From a virus (Duplodnaviria; Heunggongvirae; Uroviricota; Caudoviricetes): a DNA stretch of 64,000 nt. This document shows, piece by piece, positions 19,089 through 29,116 of the stretch. The translations under genes and the position numbers were made by a program. The first letter of the stretch is position 1. The number at the start of each line of letters is the position of its first letter. The notes below the pieces were generated by a model, which was given only the letters and a program-made list of their open reading frames with translations, searched no databases and was not told where the DNA came from. The stretch is from IMG/VR virus record IMGVR_UViG_3300042402_002792, one strand, 5' to 3'.

Positions 19089-19928
19089 ATGGACTACTAT
19101 CAAATATTAGGTGTAAATGAAAGCGCCAGTCAGGATGAAATAAAGTCAGCTTACAAAAAGCTGGCTATGAAAAATCATCCTGACCGAGGCGGTAACACTG
19201 CAAAATTTCAAGAAATATCGCAAGCGTATGACACACTTAGCGATCCTCAAAAAAAAGCTCAATACGATGCACAAAAAAACGGAGGATTTAATCCGTTTGG
19301 AAGTGCTGCCGGTATGGGGCCGGGTTTTCATGATGTAGGTGAAATGTTTAGTTTTGCCTTTGGTCAAGGGTTTTCTGGATTCAATCAACGTCGCAAAAAC
19401 AGAGATCTTTCAATTAGAGTAAAAATAACTTTTAAGCAAAGTTATACCGGAACTCAAATTGAAGCTAGATTTAGTACTCCTTCGGGCAAAGCACAGAATG
19501 TAGTTATTGATATTCCAGCCGGAGTACAAAGCGGACAAACTGTGCGATACAGCGGATTAGGTGACGACAGTATACCCAACCTAGCTAGGGGAGATCTAAA
19601 TGTTACTATCATGGTTGAGGCCGATCCTAAATGGGAACGTCGAGGAAATGACTTATATACAAGACTTTCTGTAAACGTTTTAGAAGCTATGATCGGCTGT
19701 AACAAAGAAATTGAATGCATTGATGGACAAAAGTTGACTCTAAATTTAAGACCAGGAATACAACCTGGTGCTGAATTTTCTAGTGGTGGCCGAGGATTCA
19801 GAGATATTAATTCAGGAAGACCAGGCAGTCTTTTTGTAATAATAGAAGTAGAGATTCCGTCTGTTTCCGATGCAACTCTTAAAAAAGAATTAGAAAAAAT
19901 GTATGCTAGAATTAGTTCAGTATCCTAA
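19089..19928 (+). CDS. dnaJ: DnaJ/CbpA-like co-chaperone (no zinc finger)
   Basis: MDYYQILGV...HPD J-domain, G/F-rich linker, DnaJ C-terminal domain (GDLNV...RRGNDL). Confidence 0.9.
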   Translation: MDYYQILGVNESASQDEIKSAYKKLAMKNHPDRGGNTAKFQEISQAYDTLSDPQKKAQYDAQKNGGFNPFGSAAGMGPGFHDVGEMFSFAFGQGFSGFNQRRKNRDLSIRVKITFKQSYTGTQIEARFSTPSGKAQNVVIDIPAGVQSGQTVRYSGLGDDSIPNLARGDLNVTIMVEADPKWERRGNDLYTRLSVNVLEAMIGCNKEIECIDGQKLTLNLRPGIQPGAEFSSGGRGFRDINSGRPGSLFVIIEVEIPSVSDATLKKELEKMYARISSVS

Positions 19929-20436
19929 TCCTATACTTAAAGAAATACTTCAAGAGTTTGACTTTACAAACCCAGTAGTTGATCCAAAAAAATTAGAAGA
20001 AGACATGATTACAATCATGATCGAAAATAACGGTCGTGGGTTGGCTGCAAGTCAAGTAGGAATCAATGCTAGAGTGTTTGTAATTAAAACAGAAAATATC
20101 AAAGAAGTGTTTACTCCGTTTGCAGTATTCAATCCAAAAGTTATAGCAACCAGTGACGATCTTATTCAAGATTACGAAGGTTGTTTGAGTTTTCCTAATT
20201 TACTGTTGCCGGTTAAACGTCCGGAACATGTAGTGGCCGAATTTCTTGACAGAAATGCAAATACCTGTATAATAAGATTTGACGGTATCGATGCAAGGTG
20301 TTTCTTGCACGAACTAGATCATCTAAACGGAGTTTGTTTTACTGATAATATCAGCAAACTCAAATTGGACTTAGCAATTAAACGACAGAGAAAATTAAAT
20401 GGTAGAACCAAGCACAGAACTACAACTAGTATTTGA
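19903..20436 (+). CDS. def: Peptide deformylase
   Basis: GLAASQVG, EGCLS and HELDH motifs. Confidence 0.93.
   Translation: MLELVQYPNPILKEILQEFDFTNPVVDPKKLEEDMITIMIENNGRGLAASQVGINARVFVIKTENIKEVFTPFAVFNPKVIATSDDLIQDYEGCLSFPNLLLPVKRPEHVVAEFLDRNANTCIIRFDGIDARCFLHELDHLNGVCFTDNISKLKLDLAIKRQRKLNGRTKHRTTTSI
20246..20273 (+). promoter_or_regulatory. Intragenic sigma70-type promoter TTGACA-16-TATAAT upstream of clpA
   Basis: Both hexamers are perfect, lie inside def, and sit 125 nt upstream of clpA. Confidence 0.55.
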
Positions 20437-22657
20437 AAAAGCAATTGACGTTGCTAAACGTCTTAAACACGAATATCTCACAATAGAACATCTATTGTTT
20501 TCCATGCTCTGTGACGAAAGTTTTCACAAATGTGTAACTGGCTACGGAGCTGATGCAGATTTTCTTAAAAAGAATCTTGAACTATATTTGAAAAATAAAT
20601 GCGACGAGATTGTTAACGAAGATCCAGATATTAAGCCTCGTAAAACTAATGCTGTAGAGCGTGTGCTTAATCGTGCATTTACACAAGTTCTTTTTAACGG
20701 GCGTCAAAAAATTGAACCTACTGATGTGTTTTTAGCTATAATGAGTGAAAAGAAATCATATGCACATTATTATATTCAGCAGGCAGAAATTGACAAAGAA
20801 AAATTTGCAGAATATCTTAATTCAGAAATTACTGAAGAAGTAGAAGAAGAAAATCCTAGAGACGGTCAAAGCGAACGTGCATTAAAAGCATTTACTACTA
20901 ATTTAAATGAAGACGTAAAGAAAAATAAGATTGATCCGGTTATCGGCCGAATCGATGAGTTAGAAAATATTGCACTCTCGTTAGGTCGTAGATCTAAATC
21001 AAATGTAATACTTGTTGGCGATCCAGGTGTCGGAAAAACAGCCATTGCTGAAGGACTTGCTCACAACATTGTAAATGGTGCAGTACCAGAATTTTTAAAA
21101 GAGTATACTGTTTACAACTTAGACATTAGTGCTATGCTTGCAGGTAGTAAGTACCGAGGTGACTTTGAAGAACGTTTTAAACTTGTGCTTAAAGCATTAA
21201 GCAAGAAAGGTAAAACAGTTCTGTTCATTGATGAAGCACACATGATCAGTGGAGCAGGTGCCGGTGGACAAAGTAGCAGTAACGACCTTGCTAACATGAT
21301 GAAACCTGCATTAAGCAAAGGAAACATTAAAGTTATTGCTTCAACTACATGGGAAGAATATCGCAAGTACTTTGAAAAGGATCGTGCGCTGATGCGTCGA
21401 TTCCAGCGTGTAACTATTGATGAGCCTACTCCAGAAATGGCTATTCAAATCCTTAAAGGTATTAAAAAGTATTACGAGCAATATCATAAGGTTAAGATTA
21501 CAGATGATGCTATTAAATCTGCAGTCAAACTTAGTGTCAAATATCAAGCAGATAAGAAATTACCGGACAAGGCAATTGATCTTATTGACTGTGCTTGCTC
21601 TAGATTTAATCTTAAATTAGATCAAGAACGTATTATTAACGAAGCATCTATTCAATTTGAATTAAGCAAAATGGTTAATATGCCTAATGAACAAATTGCT
21701 GAACAAGAAAGTAACAACTTGGCTAGCCTTGAGGCTAACTTGCAACAAGAAGTGTACGGACAAGATAATGCTATTACAGAAATTGTAGACAAGATCTTAG
21801 TAAGTCAAGCAGGCCTTAAACCTGATAACAAGCCGGTGGGTAGTTTTGTATTCATGGGTCCAACTGGTACAGGTAAGACTGAAACTGCTAAAGCCCTGGC
21901 TAAACATTTAGGTGTTAAGCTACTTAGATTTGATATGAGTGAATATCAAGAAAAACACTCAGTAGCTAAACTAATTGGTAGTCCTCCTGGGTATGTAGGG
22001 TTTGAAGAAAATGCTGGATTACTAATTACACAAATTCAAGAAAATCCTAATTGCGTATTGTTGCTCGACGAAGTTGAAAAGAGTCATCCAGATGTAAGCA
22101 CTATTCTGTTGCAAATGATGGATAACGGTTTTGTTACTGGTAGTAATGGGAAGAAAGCAGATTGCCGCAATTTAATTTTAATTCTTACTACTAATGCAGG
22201 TGCTCAAGAATCTGAAAAGAATCGTATCGGGTTTAGTACTCAAGAACGTGATTACGAAGACAAAGAACTTAAAAAATTCTTTGCGCCTGAGTTCCGTAAC
22301 CGGTTAGATGCTATTGTTACATTTAGCAAACTTACTAACGAAACTATGATTAAAGTAGTTGGCAAGTTTATGTTAGAAGTTAAAAATCAAGTAAAAGAAA
22401 AAGGCATTAAGATTAAAGTTACAGACGAAGCTATTGATACACTTATTAAACAAGGCTTTGATAAGAAAATGGGAGCTCGTCCGTTGCAACGTGTTATTGA
22501 CAAGGAAATCAAAAGACCTATGGCTAAGCTAATGTTGTTTGGAGATTTAAAAGGTGGTGGCACGTTGACTATTGACAGCAAGGATGATAAAATTGTGCTA
22601 GTTGTCAAGCCAAAGATAAAGGTTACAGATGAAACTGCCGTTATCGATCCAAACTAA
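20399..22657 (+). CDS. clpA: ClpA-type Hsp100 ATPase
   Basis: N-domain HEYLTIEHLL; two AAA+ modules (GDPGVGKT, GPTGTGKT); RFDMSEYQE; IGF loop. Confidence 0.92.
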   Translation: MVEPSTELQLVFEKAIDVAKRLKHEYLTIEHLLFSMLCDESFHKCVTGYGADADFLKKNLELYLKNKCDEIVNEDPDIKPRKTNAVERVLNRAFTQVLFNGRQKIEPTDVFLAIMSEKKSYAHYYIQQAEIDKEKFAEYLNSEITEEVEEENPRDGQSERALKAFTTNLNEDVKKNKIDPVIGRIDELENIALSLGRRSKSNVILVGDPGVGKTAIAEGLAHNIVNGAVPEFLKEYTVYNLDISAMLAGSKYRGDFEERFKLVLKALSKKGKTVLFIDEAHMISGAGAGGQSSSNDLANMMKPALSKGNIKVIASTTWEEYRKYFEKDRALMRRFQRVTIDEPTPEMAIQILKGIKKYYEQYHKVKITDDAIKSAVKLSVKYQADKKLPDKAIDLIDCACSRFNLKLDQERIINEASIQFELSKMVNMPNEQIAEQESNNLASLEANLQQEVYGQDNAITEIVDKILVSQAGLKPDNKPVGSFVFMGPTGTGKTETAKALAKHLGVKLLRFDMSEYQEKHSVAKLIGSPPGYVGFEENAGLLITQIQENPNCVLLLDEVEKSHPDVSTILLQMMDNGFVTGSNGKKADCRNLILILTTNAGAQESEKNRIGFSTQERDYEDKELKKFFAPEFRNRLDAIVTFSKLTNETMIKVVGKFMLEVKNQVKEKGIKIKVTDEAIDTLIKQGFDKKMGARPLQRVIDKEIKRPMAKLMLFGDLKGGGTLTIDSKDDKIVLVVKPKIKVTDETAVIDPN

Positions 22658-23273
22658 ACAAACTATTAGACTTTTTAATGGCAAATACAAATACAAAATT
22701 GTATTGTTAAGTAAGGCTGCAAGTTGGTTTAGAGGTAATGATTACTTAACAACTGTTAAAAAAGGCCTTGCTTCTGCCGATACTAATTCAACATCCTGGG
22801 TAAGAAAGTTAACGTTAGCTGATAAAAATTATGTCTTAAAATTGTTTACAGCAATGACTCCTATGTTAGAATACTCTATTAGAGTAGAAAGTCCTTATAT
22901 AAACTTTTACACTAACAATGAAAATGATGTTGAAAAACTAGCTAAAATTAATAGCGAAAATGTCAAGTATATTAGTTTACCTACTCCAGGGTCGGAAAAC
23001 TTGCTAGATGATAAAAAAGTTTTAGTTAAAAATCTAAATTATTCTTATAAAATCAATATGGGCCGCACTAGATCTAACCATAGTAACTTTGTATTATGGT
23101 GTGAAGATAAGATAGATCGAGTAAGATTACCTAAAACTGCTAAAAGAAATCTTAGCAAAGATAGTGCTTGGGGCGGATATTACTTTTATGTACGCGATGA
23201 TAAAACACTAACTATGGTTAAAATGTTCTTAGGAGAAGGTATAAACTCTGTAGAATCCGTAGTAAAAACCTAA
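22629..23273 (+). CDS. Hypothetical protein
   Basis: Long overlapping ORF with phage-like codon usage. Confidence 0.7.
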   Translation: MKLPLSIQTKQTIRLFNGKYKYKIVLLSKAASWFRGNDYLTTVKKGLASADTNSTSWVRKLTLADKNYVLKLFTAMTPMLEYSIRVESPYINFYTNNENDVEKLAKINSENVKYISLPTPGSENLLDDKKVLVKNLNYSYKINMGRTRSNHSNFVLWCEDKIDRVRLPKTAKRNLSKDSAWGGYYFYVRDDKTLTMVKMFLGEGINSVESVVKT

Positions 23274-23288
23274 CTAAAACTAGTTTCC

Positions 23289-23329
23289 AAAGATCCCTTT
23301 TACGATAAATATTGTAAGAGGGATTTTTT
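23289..23329 (+). terminator. Terminator hairpin whose loop contains late promoter GATAAATA
   Basis: ATCCCTTTTAC (23293-23303) pairs with GTAAGAGGGAT (23314-23324); loop GATAAATATT; followed by T5. Confidence 0.7.
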
Positions 23330-23788
23330 ATGACTAAAACACTTATCGAATACATCGAAGAAGCTGAGTTAGCCGCTACCAGCAACGACATAGAAGCTGG
23401 CGACGATTTTGTATTGGAAATTAATGACGATGTTGCTTTAGAAACGTATGTTATTGAAAGTTGGGACGATAGCGTATTAATTGCAGCAGATGAAGGCGCA
23501 CTACAGTTCTTAGCACAATATTCACAGCAAATTACAGAAGATATTAACGAAGCAGAATATCAAGGACGTAAAGTTGCGTTAGGTAAGCCCATGGCTGGCG
23601 ATGTTAAAAAATCTAAAGTTTATGTTCGCAAACCCAACGGTAGCGTAGTTAAAGTAAATTTTGGTGATAAAAAATTAAGTATTAAAAAACATATCCCAGG
23701 ACGTCGTAAAAGCTTTAGAGCAAGACATAACTGCTCTAATCCAGGTCCTCGTTGGAAAGCACGTTATTGGTCTTGTAGGGCTTGGTGA
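23330..23788 (+). CDS. Putative internal head protein (acidic N-part, basic C-terminal module)
   Basis: INE|AEYQGRKV...RARHNC...KARYWSCRAW basic module. Confidence 0.65.
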   Translation: MTKTLIEYIEEAELAATSNDIEAGDDFVLEINDDVALETYVIESWDDSVLIAADEGALQFLAQYSQQITEDINEAEYQGRKVALGKPMAGDVKKSKVYVRKPNGSVVKVNFGDKKLSIKKHIPGRRKSFRARHNCSNPGPRWKARYWSCRAW

Positions 23789-23792
23789 TAGT

Positions 23793-24158
23793 ATGCATAT
23801 ATTTGAACTTTACAGCCCTAATATGAAACGTGAAGATTTTGATCTTCACGATGACTTAATTTTCTTTATGCGGAATGATCCTGCATTTTATAGAAAAGAT
23901 TATTATCCGTTCTTACAAAAATTTAATCGTCACTGCGATGCAGGACGCTCTGTAAGTGCTAAAGCATTTATCCCTATTGTTAAACATGCCTTTGAATGCT
24001 ATAAAAATAGTTTTCCAGTACAAGGATTAGAAGAGTCACTACAAGATATTGACTTAAAAGAAATATGTGAAAAACTATCTGGCGAAGAGCGACAGTTTTA
24101 TCAAGAAGAAAAAGATCGTAAAGCAGAGAAAGAACATGAAACTAAGAGAACTGTTTGA
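23793..24158 (+). CDS. Hypothetical protein
   Basis: ORF in late cluster, MHIFELY start. Confidence 0.65.
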   Translation: MHIFELYSPNMKREDFDLHDDLIFFMRNDPAFYRKDYYPFLQKFNRHCDAGRSVSAKAFIPIVKHAFECYKNSFPVQGLEESLQDIDLKEICEKLSGEERQFYQEEKDRKAEKEHETKRTV

Positions 24159-25266
24159 AGCTAGACAGCGTTCAGTAGGCATTATATTTGGAAGATTTAA
24201 TCCTCCACATAAAGGACATCGCGCGGCATGGGAAATGGCTAGCGAAAATGACGCTTGGTTTGTAGGTACTAATCAATCAACACAAGGCCCAAAGGATCCA
24301 TTGCCGTACGATGTTAAGATTGAAGCAATGGAGACTATCTATCCTGAGATACGTGGTCACATTATGCCAGAGCAAAGTTGGCTAACTATGGCTAGTGCTG
24401 TGTATAAAAAATACGGAAACGTTGTATTAAATTTATACACAGACGAAGAATGGGTTAGTAAAGCAATTAATCAGTATAACGGTGTAGAAGGTCCACATGG
24501 TCTTTATAAATTTAAAGTTATTAACACACAACCTACCCCTCGTTTAAGTTCAGCAACTGCACTACGTAATGCAGTACAAGCAGAAGATAGAGATGCCTTT
24601 GCTGATGCCGCTGGTGTTCCAGCAGATACGTTAGTAGCAGGTCAAAGTTTCTTTGATTTAGTTGCACAATATCTTAATCCGTATGCTGCCAAAGAAAAAG
24701 CTAAAATTGCTAAAAAGAAAGTAAAAGAACCCGTTGCAGAAAACAACAGTCTTGGTACAATGCCAACTACTGAATATGTTAAAGGTATCTATGCTGCTGC
24801 CGCAGAGAATGGCATGAGTGCTCCAGATGTTGAAGCAGTTAAAAAGCAGATGGTACTAACACCTAACGGTGAAGTTGACATCATGGCAACTATGCAAAAA
24901 GCACTGCAAGTATTTCAAAGTCCTAAATTTAAACAGATGCTTGCAGATTTAGATGCATTAGTTAAACGAGCAGAAGCACAACAGGGCGGGTTAAATGAGT
25001 TATCAAATGAATTGTTAGGTCGTTATAAAAAAGCTGCTGGTGCAGATGCTAGAAAAGCAGATGCTGAAGGTGATTACAAACGAGCCGATAAAAGATTTAG
25101 TGGAATAGTTAAAGCCACTAAAAAACAATTTGCCAACGATGAAAAGAAACATGAGCCAGCAAATGAAGAAGCTGCGGGTGTTGGTATTATTACAAAACAG
25201 AATACCACTGTTGATGTTAACAAAGGTACACCACGTAAAAATCTTAAAGCATTTAGATTAATTTAG
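24136..25266 (+). CDS. Nucleotidyltransferase (HIGH-superfamily) fused to small modules
   Basis: Start MKLRELFE; IFGRFNPPHKGH and SSATALR motifs. Confidence 0.75.
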   Translation: MKLRELFEARQRSVGIIFGRFNPPHKGHRAAWEMASENDAWFVGTNQSTQGPKDPLPYDVKIEAMETIYPEIRGHIMPEQSWLTMASAVYKKYGNVVLNLYTDEEWVSKAINQYNGVEGPHGLYKFKVINTQPTPRLSSATALRNAVQAEDRDAFADAAGVPADTLVAGQSFFDLVAQYLNPYAAKEKAKIAKKKVKEPVAENNSLGTMPTTEYVKGIYAAAAENGMSAPDVEAVKKQMVLTPNGEVDIMATMQKALQVFQSPKFKQMLADLDALVKRAEAQQGGLNELSNELLGRYKKAAGADARKADAEGDYKRADKRFSGIVKATKKQFANDEKKHEPANEEAAGVGIITKQNTTVDVNKGTPRKNLKAFRLI

Positions 25267-25274
25267 GACAAGAA

Positions 25275-25715
25275 ATGGAAGAATTACAAAGAGCAGCCAA
25301 AGTGGCCTTTGCCAGTGAATACAGTTTTTTTATTAAAGCACAAAACTTTCATTGGAACGTAGAAGGTTCTGACTTTTTAGAATATCATGAGTTGTTTGGA
25401 AAAATTTATGAAGAAGTATATGGCAATATTGATGCATTTGCAGAACAGATTAGAGCACTAGGTGCTTATGCTCCTGCTAGCTTTCAAAAGTTTAGTATGC
25501 TTAGTCAAATAGAAGATGAAAATAATATTTTAGATAGAGCTGCTATGTGTGCTGAATTATTAGAAGACAGTCTAAAAATAGCAAAAATATTAAAACTAAC
25601 TTTTCAGCGTAGTGAAGAATTTCAAGAATACGGATTTAGTGATTTTGTAGCAAGTAGATTAGATGCACATCGTAAACATCAATGGATGTTAAGAAGCAGT
25701 TTAAAAAATGGATGA
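25275..25715 (+). CDS. dps: Dps/ferritin-like protein
   Basis: KAQNFHWNVEG...HELF..IYEE...D..AEQIR and H.KH.WML motifs. Confidence 0.9.
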   Translation: MEELQRAAKVAFASEYSFFIKAQNFHWNVEGSDFLEYHELFGKIYEEVYGNIDAFAEQIRALGAYAPASFQKFSMLSQIEDENNILDRAAMCAELLEDSLKIAKILKLTFQRSEEFQEYGFSDFVASRLDAHRKHQWMLRSSLKNG

Positions 25716-25950
25716 GCTTAATCAACTTAAACGACTAGCTGGAATCAACGAATTTAAAGGCTATGTTAAATATGATTCTGCAGATCCATACGGCGGTAGC
25801 AATATCAGTTTAACAGGCAATGAAAAGGGCGAACTACAAAAGAAGCACGATATTAGACCAGGAACACCAGAATGGTTTCAATTATGGTTTAGTTTACCAA
25901 AACTAACTGGAGAAAAACCAGTAGGTTCAGGAATTAGGAGCAAACAATGA
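25708..25950 (+). CDS. Hypothetical phage protein
   Basis: LKRLAGINE and PGTPEWFQLWF motifs. Confidence 0.65.
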   Translation: MDELNQLKRLAGINEFKGYVKYDSADPYGGSNISLTGNEKGELQKKHDIRPGTPEWFQLWFSLPKLTGEKPVGSGIRSKQ

Positions 25951-26579
25951 GTTTTGAATTTGAATTTACATTAGATAAGTTAAAAACATGTATTCACAAG
26001 AATCGTGAACCAGAACTATGGTATAATGCCATGTGCGAATACTTGCCTAAGTTTGGTATTACTACTCCTGCTAGAGTTGCAGGCTTTGTAGCACAATGTC
26101 AACATGAAAGTTTAGACTTTACTATATTAACAGAAAACTTAAACTACAGCGCAAAAGGTCTAAGAGGTTTGTTTGGAAAATATTTTCCAACCGACGAGCT
26201 TGCTAAACAGTATGAGCGCAAACCAGAAATGATTGCCAACAGAATCTATGCTAGTCGTATGGCCAACGGCAATGAACAGAGCGGAGATGGATGGCGCTAT
26301 AGAGGCCGAGGCATACTTCAAATTACAGGTCGTGCAAACTATACACAATGTAGTCGTGACTTGTTTGGGGATACAACCCTTGCAGACAATCCTGATCTAG
26401 TGCGTACACCAGAATATGCTATTATTACAGCCTGCTGGTTTTGGTATAAGAATCAACTAAATGCTATTTGTGATCAAGGTGACATTGTTCTACTAAGTAA
26501 AAAAATCAATGGCGGAACTATTGGTTTAGAAGATCGTATCAAACACTGGAATCAGTGTTTAGATGTTTTTGAAGGTTAA
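25947..26579 (+). CDS. Glycoside hydrolase family 19 lysozyme/endolysin
   Basis: FVAQCQHES, ENLNYS, YRGRGILQITGRANY and INGG..GL.DR motifs. Confidence 0.9.
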   Translation: MSFEFEFTLDKLKTCIHKNREPELWYNAMCEYLPKFGITTPARVAGFVAQCQHESLDFTILTENLNYSAKGLRGLFGKYFPTDELAKQYERKPEMIANRIYASRMANGNEQSGDGWRYRGRGILQITGRANYTQCSRDLFGDTTLADNPDLVRTPEYAIITACWFWYKNQLNAICDQGDIVLLSKKINGGTIGLEDRIKHWNQCLDVFEG

Positions 26580-26580
26580 T

Positions 26581-27627
26581 ATGTTTTTAAGAGAATTAAT
26601 GCAGCGAGTAGATCAAGAGGATTACCATCCAAACGATCCGCCACCTGGTCCAGAAACTAAACCTACAATGCCAGCAGGTACTGTTAAGGTAGATGTTGAT
26701 GACGTATACGATTGGTACAAGTTAGGTCAGCATATTAGTAACATGAAAGGTTTAGGAAAACACGACTTTGGTCAAGGACCTCCTAGCACTATATTCTCTT
26801 TTGGCAGCGAAGAAGAAGAACACAAGTATATTGATGCGTTAAAGAAAACAGGTCTTACAACAACTGATATAGATCCTGTTGACCCTAATCAGCCTAAAGG
26901 CATGCCTCGTCAGAAAACAGATCCTACGTATAATGTAAAAGAAGCTAAAAAACGTAAACGTAAACCTCGTTATGCAGCTTACGGCCCTGGTCCTTACGGA
27001 ATGTACGGATACTATCCAGGTTATAGCGGAGACTCTGGATCCGGCGAAGGCGGTGGGGATGGCGGTATGGAAGAAAACTTTGCAGACGGCCGTAATCCAC
27101 AAGATAAAGGTGACAGCAAACGCCACGGTATTAACACTAAAGCATCAGTGAGTAGTTTACGTAAGACTGCTAAACAAGGTGGTCGTAAAGGACAACTAGC
27201 ACATTGGTTAGCTAACATGAAATCAGGTCGTAAAAAAGCGAATGAAAGTAAAGAAGCAGGATTTGATTTTAAAATATTTGAAGACTTTTTTCCTATTGCT
27301 ATGAAAGTATTAGGTATTACAAAGTTACCTAAAATTAAACTAGTCATGCAAGTTGACGATCCAGACCAACCCACATTCGGTCGTTTTGACAATACTGATT
27401 TAACTATAGAATTAGGAATGGCTAATCGTCATCCTATAGATATACTGCGTACATTAGCTCACGAACTTACACACTTTAAACAGTATCTAAACGATCAACT
27501 AGGTCCTAAAAGTGGAGAAACAGGAAGTCCTGAAGAAAACGAAGCACACGAATTAGCAGGTGTAATTATGCGTCACTTTAACAAGATGCATAGGCATTAT
27601 TTTAACAGTAGGCCATTAGAACCATGA
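26581..27627 (+). CDS. Modular putative head protein with C-terminal HExxH metallopeptidase-like domain
   Basis: Start MFLRELM; LRTLAHELTHFKQ...EENEA. Confidence 0.65.
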   Translation: MFLRELMQRVDQEDYHPNDPPPGPETKPTMPAGTVKVDVDDVYDWYKLGQHISNMKGLGKHDFGQGPPSTIFSFGSEEEEHKYIDALKKTGLTTTDIDPVDPNQPKGMPRQKTDPTYNVKEAKKRKRKPRYAAYGPGPYGMYGYYPGYSGDSGSGEGGGDGGMEENFADGRNPQDKGDSKRHGINTKASVSSLRKTAKQGGRKGQLAHWLANMKSGRKKANESKEAGFDFKIFEDFFPIAMKVLGITKLPKIKLVMQVDDPDQPTFGRFDNTDLTIELGMANRHPIDILRTLAHELTHFKQYLNDQLGPKSGETGSPEENEAHELAGVIMRHFNKMHRHYFNSRPLEP

Positions 27628-27812
27628 AAGTACAGGATATAATTATTAAAGAAACTGCTACAGCAGGTGCTACAAGTGCTGGAAATATAGCATCCGGTCC
27701 TATGTATGCTAACAAACAGGGTAAAACCTACAAAAACAAAGACGGTACAACCAAAAACGCTCAAGATGTAAAAGGTGCAAATCTACTCACTGGCGGCGCT
27801 ATCAAACGATAA
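27624..27812 (+). CDS. Small putative head protein
   Basis: MKVQDIIIKE|TATAGATSAGNIA. Confidence 0.6.
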   Translation: MKVQDIIIKETATAGATSAGNIASGPMYANKQGKTYKNKDGTTKNAQDVKGANLLTGGAIKR

Positions 27813-27837
27813 ATATTAGAAATCGGAGAATTCTCAA

Positions 27838-29112
27838 ATGCATCACGACTTAATGAACAGACCAGACAACCACGAAGCTAAAATGGCTCGTGCTGACTTA
27901 TTCAAACTAGCACAATATAGCTTTAAGCTATTTAAAATGATTAATGAAAATCAAGAACTTGAAGGCTGGGTACAGGCTAAGATTACCAAAGCCGCAGATT
28001 ACATTGCCAGCGTATACCATTATATGGAATACGAAATGAAAGTTAACGAATACGGCGATGCTGTTGAAAACTCAGACATGTATTCAGAAACTATTCGTCG
28101 TTCTTTCCAACAAAAGCTAGTAGAAGCTAAAGAGATGGCTAAGAAGGCTAAAGCTAAAGCTGAAAAGGCTGGAAAAGAATTAGATGAAAATATGGCTGTT
28201 CCACAAAATCCAGACGGTGCTACTGCTCCTCCACCAAAAGGTAAAGATGGAAGGTACCCTATTGTTACTTCAGGTCCTAACAAAGGCAAGCGTTGGAGTC
28301 CACAAACGCCTGGTCCTACTAATCCTGCAATGAAAGAGGGACTTAAAGGCGGACAAAGTAAGTTAGACGCAGACAAAGATGGTAAGTTAGAAAAATCTGA
28401 TTTTGCTAAATTACGTGCTGGTAAAAAAGTCAAAGAAGAATTTGACAAAGTTGGCGATACAAAGAAAACAAAAACTGGTGAGCTTACTAAAACTGACAAA
28501 GGCGTTGTTCATAAACGTACAGATTATACCGATGACGAGCACGGTGAAGCACCTAGCACTGTGAAACAAAAGTCAGCTGCTGAAAAGAAAGCAGATAAAT
28601 CCAATGACATTAAACTACCAAAGCACCAAGGTAATACCTGGGGTATGAAAGGTGGCGAAAAGTTTGGTAAGAAAATGGAAAGTGCTAAGCCAGACTTTTT
28701 AGACATGGACAAAGACGGTGATAAGAAAGAGCCAATGAAGAAGGCCGTTGCTGATAAGAAAAAAAATCCATTTGCAAAAGTAAAAGAAAATACTCAAGCA
28801 GCACAAGCAAGAGCAGACAGAGCCAATGTGGCTAACACTATGGCTAATCAAACAGCGCCAAGTAAACCAGGAGCAACTACTCCTGTGGGAGAAGGCAAAT
28901 GCAATCATACACCTAAAGGTAAATCATGCCCAGTACACGGTTTGAAAGAGTGTGGTGGTATGTATGAAGGCGACAAGTTTGATCCATTAAAGCATGTAAA
29001 GAATCCTACTAAGGGTGAGAAAGATGCTGCTAAAGATGTTAAACGTGGTAGCTATGGCGATCGTGCAGCTATGTTAAAGTCAGCAGAAAAAGACGGTCGT
29101 TTAAAAGGTTAA
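27838..29112 (+). CDS. Lys/Glu-rich modular putative internal head protein
   Basis: GATAAATA at 27808-27815; many x-x-E-delimited modules; two DxDxDG motifs. Confidence 0.7.
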   Translation: MHHDLMNRPDNHEAKMARADLFKLAQYSFKLFKMINENQELEGWVQAKITKAADYIASVYHYMEYEMKVNEYGDAVENSDMYSETIRRSFQQKLVEAKEMAKKAKAKAEKAGKELDENMAVPQNPDGATAPPPKGKDGRYPIVTSGPNKGKRWSPQTPGPTNPAMKEGLKGGQSKLDADKDGKLEKSDFAKLRAGKKVKEEFDKVGDTKKTKTGELTKTDKGVVHKRTDYTDDEHGEAPSTVKQKSAAEKKADKSNDIKLPKHQGNTWGMKGGEKFGKKMESAKPDFLDMDKDGDKKEPMKKAVADKKKNPFAKVKENTQAAQARADRANVANTMANQTAPSKPGATTPVGEGKCNHTPKGKSCPVHGLKECGGMYEGDKFDPLKHVKNPTKGEKDAAKDVKRGSYGDRAAMLKSAEKDGRLKG

Positions 29113-29116
29113 AATT

